Assembly: GCA_012959525.1 (NCBI GenBank)
Contig: DUDB01000072.1
Location: 2,098 to 66,097 of the forward strand
Reading direction: 5' to 3'
DNA length: 64,000 bases
Origin: Planctomycetota bacterium
Lineage (GTDB): Bacteria; Planctomycetota; UBA1135; GCA-002686595
Position 1 is the stretch's first letter. Every line of letters begins with the position of its first letter. The notes under the pieces were generated by a model. The model was not told where the DNA came from. It was given only the letters and a program-made list of their open reading frames with translations, and ran no database searches. Positions 53,069 through 61,704 of the stretch are shown here, one piece after another. The position numbers were made by a program, and so were the translations under genes.

Positions 53069-53988
53069 GGGTTGTACCTCAATCCGAAGGAGGCCAGCAG
53101 GGTCCCCGCCAGCAGAGCCATGGCTGCCAAGGTCCAGGGTCCGTAGTCGTCGATGGCCTCGGATGAGGTCTTCTCGATGCGCGTCTCCTGCATTTCATCG
53201 ATGCGCTGGAACACATAGGCCAGTCCTTCCACGTCCCCAGGGCTGAAGACCGCACCGCCCGTCTTAGAGGTGATGTCCACGATGGGGGCGGGGATGCTGC
53301 CGCCCGCCACGTGCACTCCGTAGACGGTGACGTTGTCGGCGATCAGGTCGCGCACGATCTCGTCTCCACGATTGCCGTTCAGGTCGGAGCTGAACCCATC
53401 GGAGATCAGGATGATCATCCGATCGCCCTCCTCACGACTGGTGAGCACCTTGCGGCAGGCCTGCAGCGCTTTGCCGATCTCCGTTCCACCGAACCAGCTG
53501 GGGATGTTGCCCGGGCGCATAAAAGGTGGTGCGCAGCGGAACGCGGACACGTCGGTGGTCAGGGGCACCCAGTGCAGGACCGAGTTGCCGAAGAAGGTCA
53601 GGCCAAAGGCATCACCCTCCCTGAAGTTCAAGAAATCATTGATGGCCACCATGGAGGCGTCGTACCGGTTGCCTGGTCCAAAAGGGGCGGTCATGGATCC
53701 GGACACGTCCACGCAGAACTCGATGTTGGTTAGGACCTTCTTGGCTTGGGGTTCGTCCCAGCGTTGAGGGCCGGCCAGGAGGATCACCACCAGGATCAGG
53801 GTCAGTGCTGGCAGGGACTCCGCGCTGCGCAATAGGCTGCTCAGTACTCGCCCACGGGTCGCGTGACCGTGGTCGAAGGGCAGAAACAGGCGCTGGCCCC
53901 GGCCACTCCAGATCCAGATCAGCAGCGCGGCCGGAAGCAGCAGGCCCAAGAGGGCCCACGGGTGCCGGAAGGGAACCAGGAACTCCAC
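53062..53988 (-). CDS. VWA-domain membrane protein (BatA-like)
   Basis: The N-terminus MEFLVPFRHPWALLGLLLPAALLIWIW is typical of the BatA/aerotolerance N-domain. MIDAS FCVDVSGSM. ILISDG. C-terminal TM. Confidence 0.85.
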   Translation of the reverse strand: MEFLVPFRHPWALLGLLLPAALLIWIWSGRGQRLFLPFDHGHATRGRVLSSLLRSAESLPALTLILVVILLAGPQRWDEPQAKKVLTNIEFCVDVSGSMTAPFGPGNRYDASMVAINDFLNFREGDAFGLTFFGNSVLHWVPLTTDVSAFRCAPPFMRPGNIPSWFGGTEIGKALQACRKVLTSREEGDRMIILISDGFSSDLNGNRGDEIVRDLIADNVTVYGVHVAGGSIPAPIVDITSKTGGAVFSPGDVEGLAYVFQRIDEMQETRIEKTSSEAIDDYGPWTLAAMALLAGTLLASFGLRYNPW

Positions 53989-53991
53989 GGT

Positions 53992-54879
53992 TTAGCCGTC
54001 CTGTCCAAGAGTGGCCGGGCCGGGTGCCGTCGCCTCCCACTCCCGATCCCAATCCTCGGACGTGAGGTTGCGATAGGGAGCCAGTAGTTGGGCCGGGTCC
54101 ACGGCCCCCCGCCCATCGGCAGAGCCAGGACTGTGCAACCAGCGCTCGAGCTCGCCCAGCAGGATGCCCGCCTCCTCGTGTTGCTTGAGCCGTGTCAACA
54201 CTTCGGCCGCAGGCAGGTCCTGGATACCCAGTCGCTTGCGCCAGATGGCGATCAGGATCAGCTCCAGGCGGGCCTGCTCTTCGAGGGGCAGCTCACCGCG
54301 AGCTCCGCGTTCTACAAGGGGCGCGAGGCGTTCGGCGAGGGTGGGGGGCGGGGTGTCCTCTAGCGCGCGGGCGGCCTGGACCGTGCGACGGCGACTGAGC
54401 CACCAGGCCAGAGTGCCCAAGACCCAACCGATACCCAGTATCCAAAGGGTTCGGCCGTACCCTCCCAGGTCGGGGGTGGCACCTTGCGTCACGGGGTTGG
54501 GCTTGACCTGACCGGATGGCAGATGGCTTTCGATTCGGATCTGTAGGGGAGGGAGGGCTCCCATCTCAGAACCGTCCGCCCTTTGCAGAAAGTCCAGTAG
54601 GTTGTAGGTGCCGGGCTCCAGGCCGTAGTACTCGAAGTCGTAGCGCCGGTCCGTGCCGTGGGGAGAGTCCGAATCGATGCGCACGATCAGAGGCGTCTCG
54701 ATGTCGGCCGGTCGTACCTTGAGGGCCGTCCCCTTCAGTACCACCTCCCTTGACCAGCGCGGGACACCAACGGGGATCGCTTCGTCTTGGGCAGTCGCCT
54801 CCTGGGTCGCCGGGACGTGGTGCGATGCGGCCGGTAGTGCCAGGGCCAGCTGAAGTGGGAGGAGAAGCCAGGAAGTCAT
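53992..54879 (-). CDS. Hypothetical single-pass membrane protein between DUF58 and the VWA genes (the position DUF4381 occupies in Bat operons)
   Basis: Signal peptide, an ectodomain of about 140 aa, TM TLWILGIGWVLGTLAWWL followed by SRRR, then a helical tail of about 120 aa. Tightly packed against its neighbours (1-nt overlap upstream, 3-nt gap downstream). Confidence 0.6.
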   Translation of the reverse strand: MTSWLLLPLQLALALPAASHHVPATQEATAQDEAIPVGVPRWSREVVLKGTALKVRPADIETPLIVRIDSDSPHGTDRRYDFEYYGLEPGTYNLLDFLQRADGSEMGALPPLQIRIESHLPSGQVKPNPVTQGATPDLGGYGRTLWILGIGWVLGTLAWWLSRRRTVQAARALEDTPPPTLAERLAPLVERGARGELPLEEQARLELILIAIWRKRLGIQDLPAAEVLTRLKQHEEAGILLGELERWLHSPGSADGRGAVDPAQLLAPYRNLTSEDWDREWEATAPGPATLGQDG

Positions 54880-55742
54880 CAGCGTGCGGTCCTTCCCAGT
54901 AAACCCCGGGACGCGAAGAAGTGCCGCACACCGGCCAGATAGGGCTGGCCGCAGAGGACGCGATGGTGATCAATGCCGGACCGACGCAGTTGAGTTTCCA
55001 GTTGCTCCTGGTCGAGGTGCTGGCGTCGGCTGTGTGTGCTGAATGTCTGGCCGCTCTCGGCTTCCTGCGCGCGCATGAATCCCGCGCCACTCAAACCCTC
55101 CTCCGCAGGATCTTGCATCTGCAGCACGGCGCAGTCGTGCAATTGGGCGGCCCGCTTGAGTGCGTTGATTGCGCCGGGGTCGTGCAGGTCCGAGAGGACC
55201 AGGAGCAGGACGCGCGAGGTCAGGCTGGGCATGAGCTCGCCCAGGCGCTGAGTAAGGGTCGTTCCTTCGTCGTGGCGGAAGCGGCGCAGCGTCAGCATCC
55301 ACTGCATGATCTGGGCCTTGGACAGGCTGGGTCGCACCTGGAGCCGGCGCGTGCCCACCCCCAGAACTCCTACCGGGCTGACCCGGTCGAGGGCGGCCAG
55401 GGCGATGCCTCCGGCGAGGATCAGGGCCGTCGGGTACTTGCCCGAGGGCACGGAGGAGAGGGTCATGGAGGCCGAAGTGTCGATCAAGAGGTAGACCGGC
55501 ATGCACTTGGGTGCCTCGTACTCCTTGATGTAGGCCTTGCCCGTCCGCGCGATCACGCGCCAGTCCAGGTCTCGCACCGGGTCGCCGTGCTCGTACTGCC
55601 GCGACTGGGCAAACTCGACGCCGCTGCCCAGGAAAGGAGAGCGATCGCTGCCGTAGCTCAGGTTGTCGGCCAGGCGGCGCATGACAATCTGAAACTGCCG
55701 GGAGTCGAGGAACTCGACCTGGTCCAGGGTGCTGGTCTGCAT
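54879..55742 (-). CDS. DUF58 domain protein (MoxR-associated, VWA-like fold)
   Basis: FLGSGVEFAQSRQYEHGDPVRDLDWRVIARTGKAYIKEYE is the signature DUF58 motif. LLIDTSASM follows. Lies immediately downstream of MoxR. Confidence 0.88.
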   Translation of the reverse strand: MQTSTLDQVEFLDSRQFQIVMRRLADNLSYGSDRSPFLGSGVEFAQSRQYEHGDPVRDLDWRVIARTGKAYIKEYEAPKCMPVYLLIDTSASMTLSSVPSGKYPTALILAGGIALAALDRVSPVGVLGVGTRRLQVRPSLSKAQIMQWMLTLRRFRHDEGTTLTQRLGELMPSLTSRVLLLVLSDLHDPGAINALKRAAQLHDCAVLQMQDPAEEGLSGAGFMRAQEAESGQTFSTHSRRQHLDQEQLETQLRRSGIDHHRVLCGQPYLAGVRHFFASRGLLGRTAR

Positions 55743-55757
55743 GGATCGAGGTCGGGG

Positions 55758-56834
55758 TCAGGCTTCGGCGGTTGCCCTGGATCCGTTCGTGCCTGGTGCG
55801 GCGACCTGGCCGTTCAGATTTGCCTCGTCGCCCGATCCCATGTGGGCCAGCATTTCTTGCAGGACGTTGGCTGTCGTCTTGCCGTCGGCCAGGGCTTCAT
55901 AGTTCAAGCGCAGGCGGTGAAGAACGACATCCTCCGCAAGAGCGAACAGATCCTCGGGGATCACGTAGTTCCGCCCGAAAAGGAGTGCCCGCGCCCTCGA
56001 TGCCTTGATGAGCGAGATGCCCGCGCGGGGGCTGCCTCCCAGCTCAATGTCCGGGTGCTTGCGCGTGCGCCCCACCAGTTCGACCACGTGCTCCAGGAAG
56101 GTGTCGCTCACGTGCACGCTCTGAACCGCCTCCATGGCGGCGATGATGTCCTCGATACCGCCCACGGGGCTGTCGTCAATCACGTCAAATTCGGTGGCCA
56201 CTACGGCGCCTCCGTCCCGGCGCTGCACTCCCAGCGCTGCGTTGCGACGCAGGATGACGCGCTCTTCGTCGGGGGTGGGGTAGTCCAGTCGGTGCAACAG
56301 CATGAAGCGATCGAGCTGGGCTTCGGGCAGTTCAAAGGTGCCCGACTGCTCCACCGGGTTCTGCGTGGCGATGACCAGAAAGGGCGCGGGTAGGGTGAAG
56401 GGCTCGCCCCCGATGGTGACCTTGCGTTCTTGCATGGCTTCCAGGAGGGCTCCCTGGACCTTGGGGGCGGCGCGGTTGATCTCGTCTGCCAACAAGAGGT
56501 TGGTGAAGACCGGCCCCTTCTCCGTGCGGAAGGTGCTGGTGGATTGATCGAGGATCTCCGAGCCCAGGATGTCCGCGGGTAGCAGATCGATGGTGAACTG
56601 GATGCGGGAGAAGTCCAACCGCATGGCCTTCGAGAGGGCCGAGGCCAAGAGGGTCTTGGCGATGCCGGGTACCCCCTGCAGGAGGATGTGGCCACCGGTG
56701 AAAAGGGAGATCAGGAGGCGCTCAACGACAACGTCCTGACCCACAACCACCTTGGCTATGCGCTCGCGCACGTCCTGGATGAACTGGGCGCTCTGGCTGA
56801 AGTCGGCGTTCGGGGCAGGGGGGATCTGGCTCAT
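55758..56834 (-). CDS. MoxR-family AAA+ ATPase
   Basis: VVVGQDVVVERLLISLFTGGHILLQGVPGIAKTLLA (Walker A). LLADEINRA (Walker B). VIATQNP. QLDRF. Confidence 0.92.
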   Translation of the reverse strand: MSQIPPAPNADFSQSAQFIQDVRERIAKVVVGQDVVVERLLISLFTGGHILLQGVPGIAKTLLASALSKAMRLDFSRIQFTIDLLPADILGSEILDQSTSTFRTEKGPVFTNLLLADEINRAAPKVQGALLEAMQERKVTIGGEPFTLPAPFLVIATQNPVEQSGTFELPEAQLDRFMLLHRLDYPTPDEERVILRRNAALGVQRRDGGAVVATEFDVIDDSPVGGIEDIIAAMEAVQSVHVSDTFLEHVVELVGRTRKHPDIELGGSPRAGISLIKASRARALLFGRNYVIPEDLFALAEDVVLHRLRLNYEALADGKTTANVLQEMLAHMGSGDEANLNGQVAAPGTNGSRATAEA

Positions 56835-57248
56835 GGAGGGCGGGATGGAATTTCGGTGCTGCAGGGTGGGTTCCCCTGTGGGTCACCAGAATGCCGTGGA
56901 CAGTAGACACTCTACTGGCTGGGGTTATTCCCCGAGCAGGACAAATACAGGGCCTTCGGGCCCTGGGAGGGTAGAGCGGACTCCAACCGCCGACTAAGTA
57001 GGTCCCAAAGCTACTCCTCTACCAGCTGAGGTGCTCGTCGTTGGCGGTAGCCTAATCTAGGCAAGGTGCCAGCGCCCCCCGTTGAGGGAGCAGCTCCCCG
57101 ATTCGCATGCGGGCCACTGACGCACGGGGTGGAATATTCCTGTTGAGGTTGCGTGGCTTGTTGTTGGTATCTTCGTTCTCGCAACGGCCATTGCCGCCGT
57201 CCATCCATCATCTGTCCTGCGGTTTTCCGCGTGACCAGCCAAGGAGTC

Positions 57249-57926
57249 ATGAGCGTGTCCGGAACAACATCCACTCTGGTTACCAGGGAACACTTCGATT
57301 ACATCGCGGCCCGCACCCAGGCCGAGGACCCGTTCCTGGTGGAACTCAAGGAGGCGGCGGAGGCGGCTGAAATCCCGGCCATTGAGATAGCTCACGAGCA
57401 GGCCCGCTTCATGGAGATCCTCCTCAAAGCGGCGGGTGCCCGGGACGTTGTCGAGGTCGGGACGCTGGCGGGCTATTCGGCTATCTGTCTGGCCCGCGCG
57501 CTTGGAGAGACGGGGCGGCTGGTCACGATGGAGGTCTCCGCGAAGCACGCGGCCTTCGCTGAGGATTGGATTCGGCGGTCCGACGTGGCCGAGCGGATCG
57601 AAGTTCGGCAAGGGCGTGGAGCGGATCTCCTCCCAGGGCTGGCAGACGCGTCGATCGACGCCATCTTTCTGGACGCGGACAAGCCCAGCTATGGCTCCTA
57701 CCTCGAAGAGGCCCGGCGCATCCTGCGCCCCGGTGGATTGCTGCTCGTGGACAACGCCTTCGCCTTCGGGTATCTGTTCGATGGGGATTGTGAAGAACCT
57801 AGCGTGCTCGCGCTGCGGGAGTTCAACGACTCCCTGGCCGCTGACCCGGATTTCGACGGGATTCTCGTCCCCCTTGGGGATGGGCTCTGGGTTGCTCGGC
57901 GTCTGGTGGGCGACGATTCCCCTTGA
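57249..57926 (+). CDS. Class I SAM-dependent O-methyltransferase (caffeoyl-CoA OMT-like, Methyltransf_3)
   Basis: AAGGAG SD at 57241-57246, 2 nt before the ATG at 57249. VVEVGTLAGYSAICLARAL. IFLDADKPSY. LRPGGLLLVDN. Confidence 0.85.
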   Translation: MSVSGTTSTLVTREHFDYIAARTQAEDPFLVELKEAAEAAEIPAIEIAHEQARFMEILLKAAGARDVVEVGTLAGYSAICLARALGETGRLVTMEVSAKHAAFAEDWIRRSDVAERIEVRQGRGADLLPGLADASIDAIFLDADKPSYGSYLEEARRILRPGGLLLVDNAFAFGYLFDGDCEEPSVLALREFNDSLAADPDFDGILVPLGDGLWVARRLVGDDSP

Positions 57927-58147
57927 CCTGATAGCGCGGAGTGGACCCTGATGGGAGGGCGTGGGGCCGGGCCCCGGGGCTCGGCAGGGGTCGAAGTTCA
58001 CCTCTTGGCGGTGGCAGATAGCGGAGCGGGTGGCGAGGCTTCTGGCGCGCGCTGCCCAACCCGGATACCTTGACTGCCGCTCGCTGCGTGCTTGGAGGTG
58101 CCAAGGCGTGCTGGCCGTCTACTCCCCCTCATGCAGGACAAACAACA

Positions 58148-59479
58148 ATGAAGGTTTTGGTCGTGGGTTCGGGTGGGCGTGAGCACGCCTTGTGTTGGAA
58201 GCTGTCGAGGTCTCCCAAGGTGAGCGAGGTGCTGTGCGCACCTGGCAATCCTGGTACGGCGCAAGTGGCCCGTAATGTGGATGTGGCTTCCGGGGACACC
58301 GAGGGCCTCTTGAGCCTGGCCAGCACCGAAGCGGTGGCACTGGTCGTTATCGGTCCCGAGGACCCTCTTGTGGGGGGGCTTGCGGATCGTTTGCGCGAAG
58401 CGGGCATCCCGACCTTCGGTCCGGGTGCGGATGGTGCTCAGCTAGAAGGTTCCAAGATCTTCTCCAAGAGTTTCCTCGATCGCTACCGCATCCCCACCGC
58501 AGCCGCGCGGCAGTTTGACCGCTCAGGCGCGGCCAAGAGCTACCTGGAAGGCTGCACCACCTGGCCGCAGGTGGTCAAGGCAGATGGCTTGGCGGCGGGT
58601 AAGGGCGTGTACGTGTGCGCCAACGTGGCGGAGGGACTCAGTGCCATCAATGTGATCATGGAGGAGTGCCGTTACGGAAACGCCGGTGCACGTGTGCTCA
58701 TCGAGGAGTTCATGGATGGGGAAGAGGCCAGCATCTTTGCGGTCACGGACGGCAAGACGATCCTGATCATGGAGGCGGTTCAGGATCACAAGCAGGTCGG
58801 CGATGGAGATCAGGGTCCCAACACGGGTGGCATGGGCGTGCACTCTCCCGTCGATGCCCTGAACGAACGGCTCCACAAGCAGATTGAACAACGCGTCCTG
58901 GTGCAGACCCTGCACGGCTTGCGTCAAGAGGGCATTGACTATCGTGGCGTCCTGTTCGTGGGCCTGATGCTCACCGACAGCGGGCCGAGGGTCGTGGAGT
59001 ACAACGTGCGCTTCGGCGATCCCGAATGTCAGGCCCTGATGATGCGCCTGGAAGGAGATCTGTTCCCGATCCTCTTGGCGGCCGCCAACGGGGATCTGGC
59101 TAGCATCGATCCACCACACTGGGACAAGCGCGCGGTCATTGGCGTGGTCGCTGCGGCCAAGGGCTATCCGGGGTCGCCGCAGGCTGGGGACATGGTCCAC
59201 GGGTTGGAAGAGGCCAGTGCTGTGGAGAGCACGATGGTGTTCCATGCGGGTACGCGAGCCGAGGGCGACGAGATCCACACCAGTGGGGGGCGCGTTGTCT
59301 GTGTTACGGCGCTGGGAGCGGACAAGGAGGAGGCGCGCGAGCGTGCCTACTCGGCCTACGATCTGCTTGAGTGGGACGGTAAGTTCTGTCGCCGGGACAT
59401 CGGAACCCGGTCCGAGGCCCGAGCAGCCATGGAGGCTGCCGCGGAGGCCAAGATGGAGCTTTTGGGCGAGCCTGACTGA
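58148..59479 (+). CDS. purD: Phosphoribosylamine--glycine ligase
   Basis: MKVLVVGSGGREHALCWKL. ATP-grasp core VVKADGLAAGKGV. GPNTGGMG. EYNVRFGDPE. C-terminal GGRV. Confidence 0.93.
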   Translation: MKVLVVGSGGREHALCWKLSRSPKVSEVLCAPGNPGTAQVARNVDVASGDTEGLLSLASTEAVALVVIGPEDPLVGGLADRLREAGIPTFGPGADGAQLEGSKIFSKSFLDRYRIPTAAARQFDRSGAAKSYLEGCTTWPQVVKADGLAAGKGVYVCANVAEGLSAINVIMEECRYGNAGARVLIEEFMDGEEASIFAVTDGKTILIMEAVQDHKQVGDGDQGPNTGGMGVHSPVDALNERLHKQIEQRVLVQTLHGLRQEGIDYRGVLFVGLMLTDSGPRVVEYNVRFGDPECQALMMRLEGDLFPILLAAANGDLASIDPPHWDKRAVIGVVAAAKGYPGSPQAGDMVHGLEEASAVESTMVFHAGTRAEGDEIHTSGGRVVCVTALGADKEEARERAYSAYDLLEWDGKFCRRDIGTRSEARAAMEAAAEAKMELLGEPD

Positions 59480-59499
59480 GTTGCCGAAGAAAACCTGCC

Positions 59500-59940
59500 A
59501 TGCAGCCCGCCTCAGTCCGCCGAAAATTCGAACGTCACCTGCAGGACGAAGGTCTGCGGCTGACCGCTCAGCGCTTGCGGGTGCTGGAGAGAGTCTTCCT
59601 GACCCACGAGCACTTCAGCGCTGAGACCCTGTTTGGCTGGCTGCGGGCCGAGGATGGGCCGTCGGTATCCCGAGCGACCGTGTACCGGGCCCTTGAGCTG
59701 CTGGCTTCAGGTGGTTTCGTGACGGTCTTGGATACCGGGCGTGGCGAGATGTTGTACGAGCACAGCCTCGGGCACACGCACCATGATCATCTGGTGTGCA
59801 AACGCTGTGGTCGCATCGAGGAGTTTAGGGAAGCGCAGATCGAGAAACTCCAGGAAGCCGTGGCCCGCAAGTACGGGTTCGACTTGACGGGCCACGTGCT
59901 GCGCCTGACCGGGGTCTGCCGCGACTGTCAGAAGCCGTAA
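59500..59940 (+). CDS. fur: Fur-family transcriptional regulator
   Basis: Winged-helix region VSRATVYRALELL. HTHHDHLVCKRCGRIEEF and a C-terminal GVCRDCQ provide the metal-binding His cluster and two CxxC pairs. The metal specificity (Fur, Zur or PerR) cannot be told from the sequence alone. Confidence 0.85.
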   Translation: MQPASVRRKFERHLQDEGLRLTAQRLRVLERVFLTHEHFSAETLFGWLRAEDGPSVSRATVYRALELLASGGFVTVLDTGRGEMLYEHSLGHTHHDHLVCKRCGRIEEFREAQIEKLQEAVARKYGFDLTGHVLRLTGVCRDCQKP

Positions 59941-59979
59941 GGGCGAGCGGCTGCGGTGGAGAGGCGCCTGTTGCTTCGC

Positions 59980-60375
59980 TCACCTCAGTCCGCGCTTAAT
60001 TTTCTCCAGCACCCGCTCTGCTTCAGCGTCGTTGTACAGACCCCATTTGCGGGCCGTGACTGAAATTCGGGTGCGGCCTCCATCAAACTGCTGGACCCGT
60101 AGGGTTACCTTCGCATCGTCCACAGTTGCGCTCGCCGCGCGGGCATCGTGGTCTACGTCCACGGGCCCGTCCGAGATTTCACCGAGCGTGGCTTTGGCGT
60201 ACGCCCAGACCAGGCCAGTATCCATCTTGACTAGGTGAACGTGAGCGTGCTCCGTAAACTCCTGGGTCAGAACAACGCTCGCGGCACCGACCGCCATAAG
60301 GTGGCAGCCTGCACTCAGAAAAGTGGTTCCCAGAAGCGCAGCTAGGCCGCCACGAAGCCTAGTTCGACGGCTCAT
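59980..60375 (-). CDS. Small lipoprotein, DUF3568-like
   Basis: Lipobox LSAGC. 131 aa. Clear paralogue of the neighbouring gene, e.g. VVLTQEFTEHA vs VVLTEEFQDNA, VWAYAKATL vs VWASAKSSL, and TRISVTARKWGLY vs TRVRVMAKKFMIY. Confidence 0.6.
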   Translation of the reverse strand: MSRRTRLRGGLAALLGTTFLSAGCHLMAVGAASVVLTQEFTEHAHVHLVKMDTGLVWAYAKATLGEISDGPVDVDHDARAASATVDDAKVTLRVQQFDGGRTRISVTARKWGLYNDAEAERVLEKIKRGLR

Positions 60376-60745
60376 GGTGCAGCTCTTTGGCGATTAGGTC
60401 GCAGACTCTCTCCGCGAGCTCGTTGCGGTAGATCATGAACTTCTTGGCCATCACCCGTACGCGGGTTCCCCCCGTATTCCAGTTCTGCACCTCGATGGTG
60501 ACTTCGGCGCCTTCGATCTCCGTGACCGCGTACTTCAGGTCATCATCCGTGTGGATCATGGACTCGGTCATGTGGGCGAGAGAGGACTTCGCGCTGGCCC
60601 ATACCATTTCGGCGTCTTGTTCCACCGTCATCTTAACGGCGTTGTCTTGGAACTCCTCGGTAAGTACGACGGCGGTGCTGGCCACCAAGACCGCTGCGCA
60701 TCCCGATGTCAGCAGGCCGGCCAAAGTTAGAATCAGATACTTCAT
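60359..60745 (-). CDS. Small lipoprotein, DUF3568-like (paralogue)
   Basis: The ATG at 60743-60745 gives MKYLILTLAGLLTSGC (lipobox). 128 aa. Its 3' end overlaps the start of the downstream paralogue by 17 nt. The track start at 60934 would overlap purQ. Confidence 0.6.
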   Translation of the reverse strand: MKYLILTLAGLLTSGCAAVLVASTAVVLTEEFQDNAVKMTVEQDAEMVWASAKSSLAHMTESMIHTDDDLKYAVTEIEGAEVTIEVQNWNTGGTRVRVMAKKFMIYRNELAERVCDLIAKELHHEPSN

Positions 60746-60834
60746 GCAGTGGGTCCCCCCCCAGATGCACGGGCTCGGCCGTGCGGTTTGTCGAATGATT
60801 GAACCGTTCGGAGCATTGCCGCTCCGAGAGCCGA

Positions 60835-61701
60835 TCATACGAGAGCGGACTCGGCCACTTCCACCATGCGTCTGTAGAACGCCAGACCCTCTCCCACCTC
60901 TCTGGGGCTCATGTCCGTCGCATGCCGCGTCCAATGGGGGTGATTCCAGGGGTCCAGGTTGCGTTCGGGATGGGGCATGAGGCCCAAAACGCGTCCGCTG
61001 GGGTCACAGATTCCCGCCACGTCTCCGGCCGCGCCATTGGGGTTGTAGGGGTAGGGGACGGAATCCTCCCCGCCGGCGGGGCTGTCCGCCCAGCTGGGCC
61101 GGACGTAGCGCAGGGCCACCTGCTTTCCGGCAATCAGGCGCTCCATGACCGCATGGTCGCGCACGACGAAGCGGCCCTCGGCATGGGCTACGGGTACGGG
61201 CATGCGCTCGCCGGCTTCCAACCAGGGGCAGCAGCAGTCGGCGCTCTCGAGCTCCACCCAGCGACACTCGTAGTGGTTGGAGGCATTGGAGTAGAGCGCG
61301 ACGGAGCGCTCCTCGGCCGGCTCGTTGGGCTCGAAAATCCCGGACTCTACAAGCACCTGGAATCCGTTGCAGACGCCTAGCGCCAGGCCTCCGCGTTCGA
61401 CGTGGGCGCGCAGCTGCTCGCCCAGCCGAGTTCTCAGCTCCATACCCCAAACGCGGCCAGCTGCCAGATCGTCTCCGTAGCTGAAGCCCCCCGCAAACAC
61501 CCAGATCCCATAGGGATCGAGCAGCTCGGGGTGTTCGATCACGCGGTTGAAGTGCAGCACGTCGGTCTGGGCTCCGCCCAGGTCTAGGGCGCGCGCCGTC
61601 TCGATCTCACAGTTCGTGCCGGAGGTGCGCAGTACCAGGGCCCGTGGTCGGCGGGGCGTGTGGGAGCTGGTCTCTGGAGGGGGCATAGTGGGGGATTGCA
61701 T
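60835..61701 (-). CDS. purQ: Phosphoribosylformylglycinamidine synthase, glutaminase subunit
   Basis: ALVLRTSGTNCEIETARAL. Catalytic Cys in GVCNGFQVL. MPHPER His/Glu motif. Sits 3 nt downstream of purL. Confidence 0.9.
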   Translation of the reverse strand: MQSPTMPPPETSSHTPRRPRALVLRTSGTNCEIETARALDLGGAQTDVLHFNRVIEHPELLDPYGIWVFAGGFSYGDDLAAGRVWGMELRTRLGEQLRAHVERGGLALGVCNGFQVLVESGIFEPNEPAEERSVALYSNASNHYECRWVELESADCCCPWLEAGERMPVPVAHAEGRFVVRDHAVMERLIAGKQVALRYVRPSWADSPAGGEDSVPYPYNPNGAAGDVAGICDPSGRVLGLMPHPERNLDPWNHPHWTRHATDMSPREVGEGLAFYRRMVEVAESALV

Positions 61702-61704
61702 GGG

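Noticed and set aside
56968-57030. Cloverleaf-like multi-stem fold (GGTAGAG...CTCTACC enclosing GCGG/CCGC and AGTAG/CTACT hairpins) as a possible tRNA-like gene.
   Set aside because: The arm lengths, the spacing, and the absence of a T-loop or D-loop consensus and of an anticodon-loop geometry do not fit a tRNA. Overlapping alternative stems make any single fold unconvincing.
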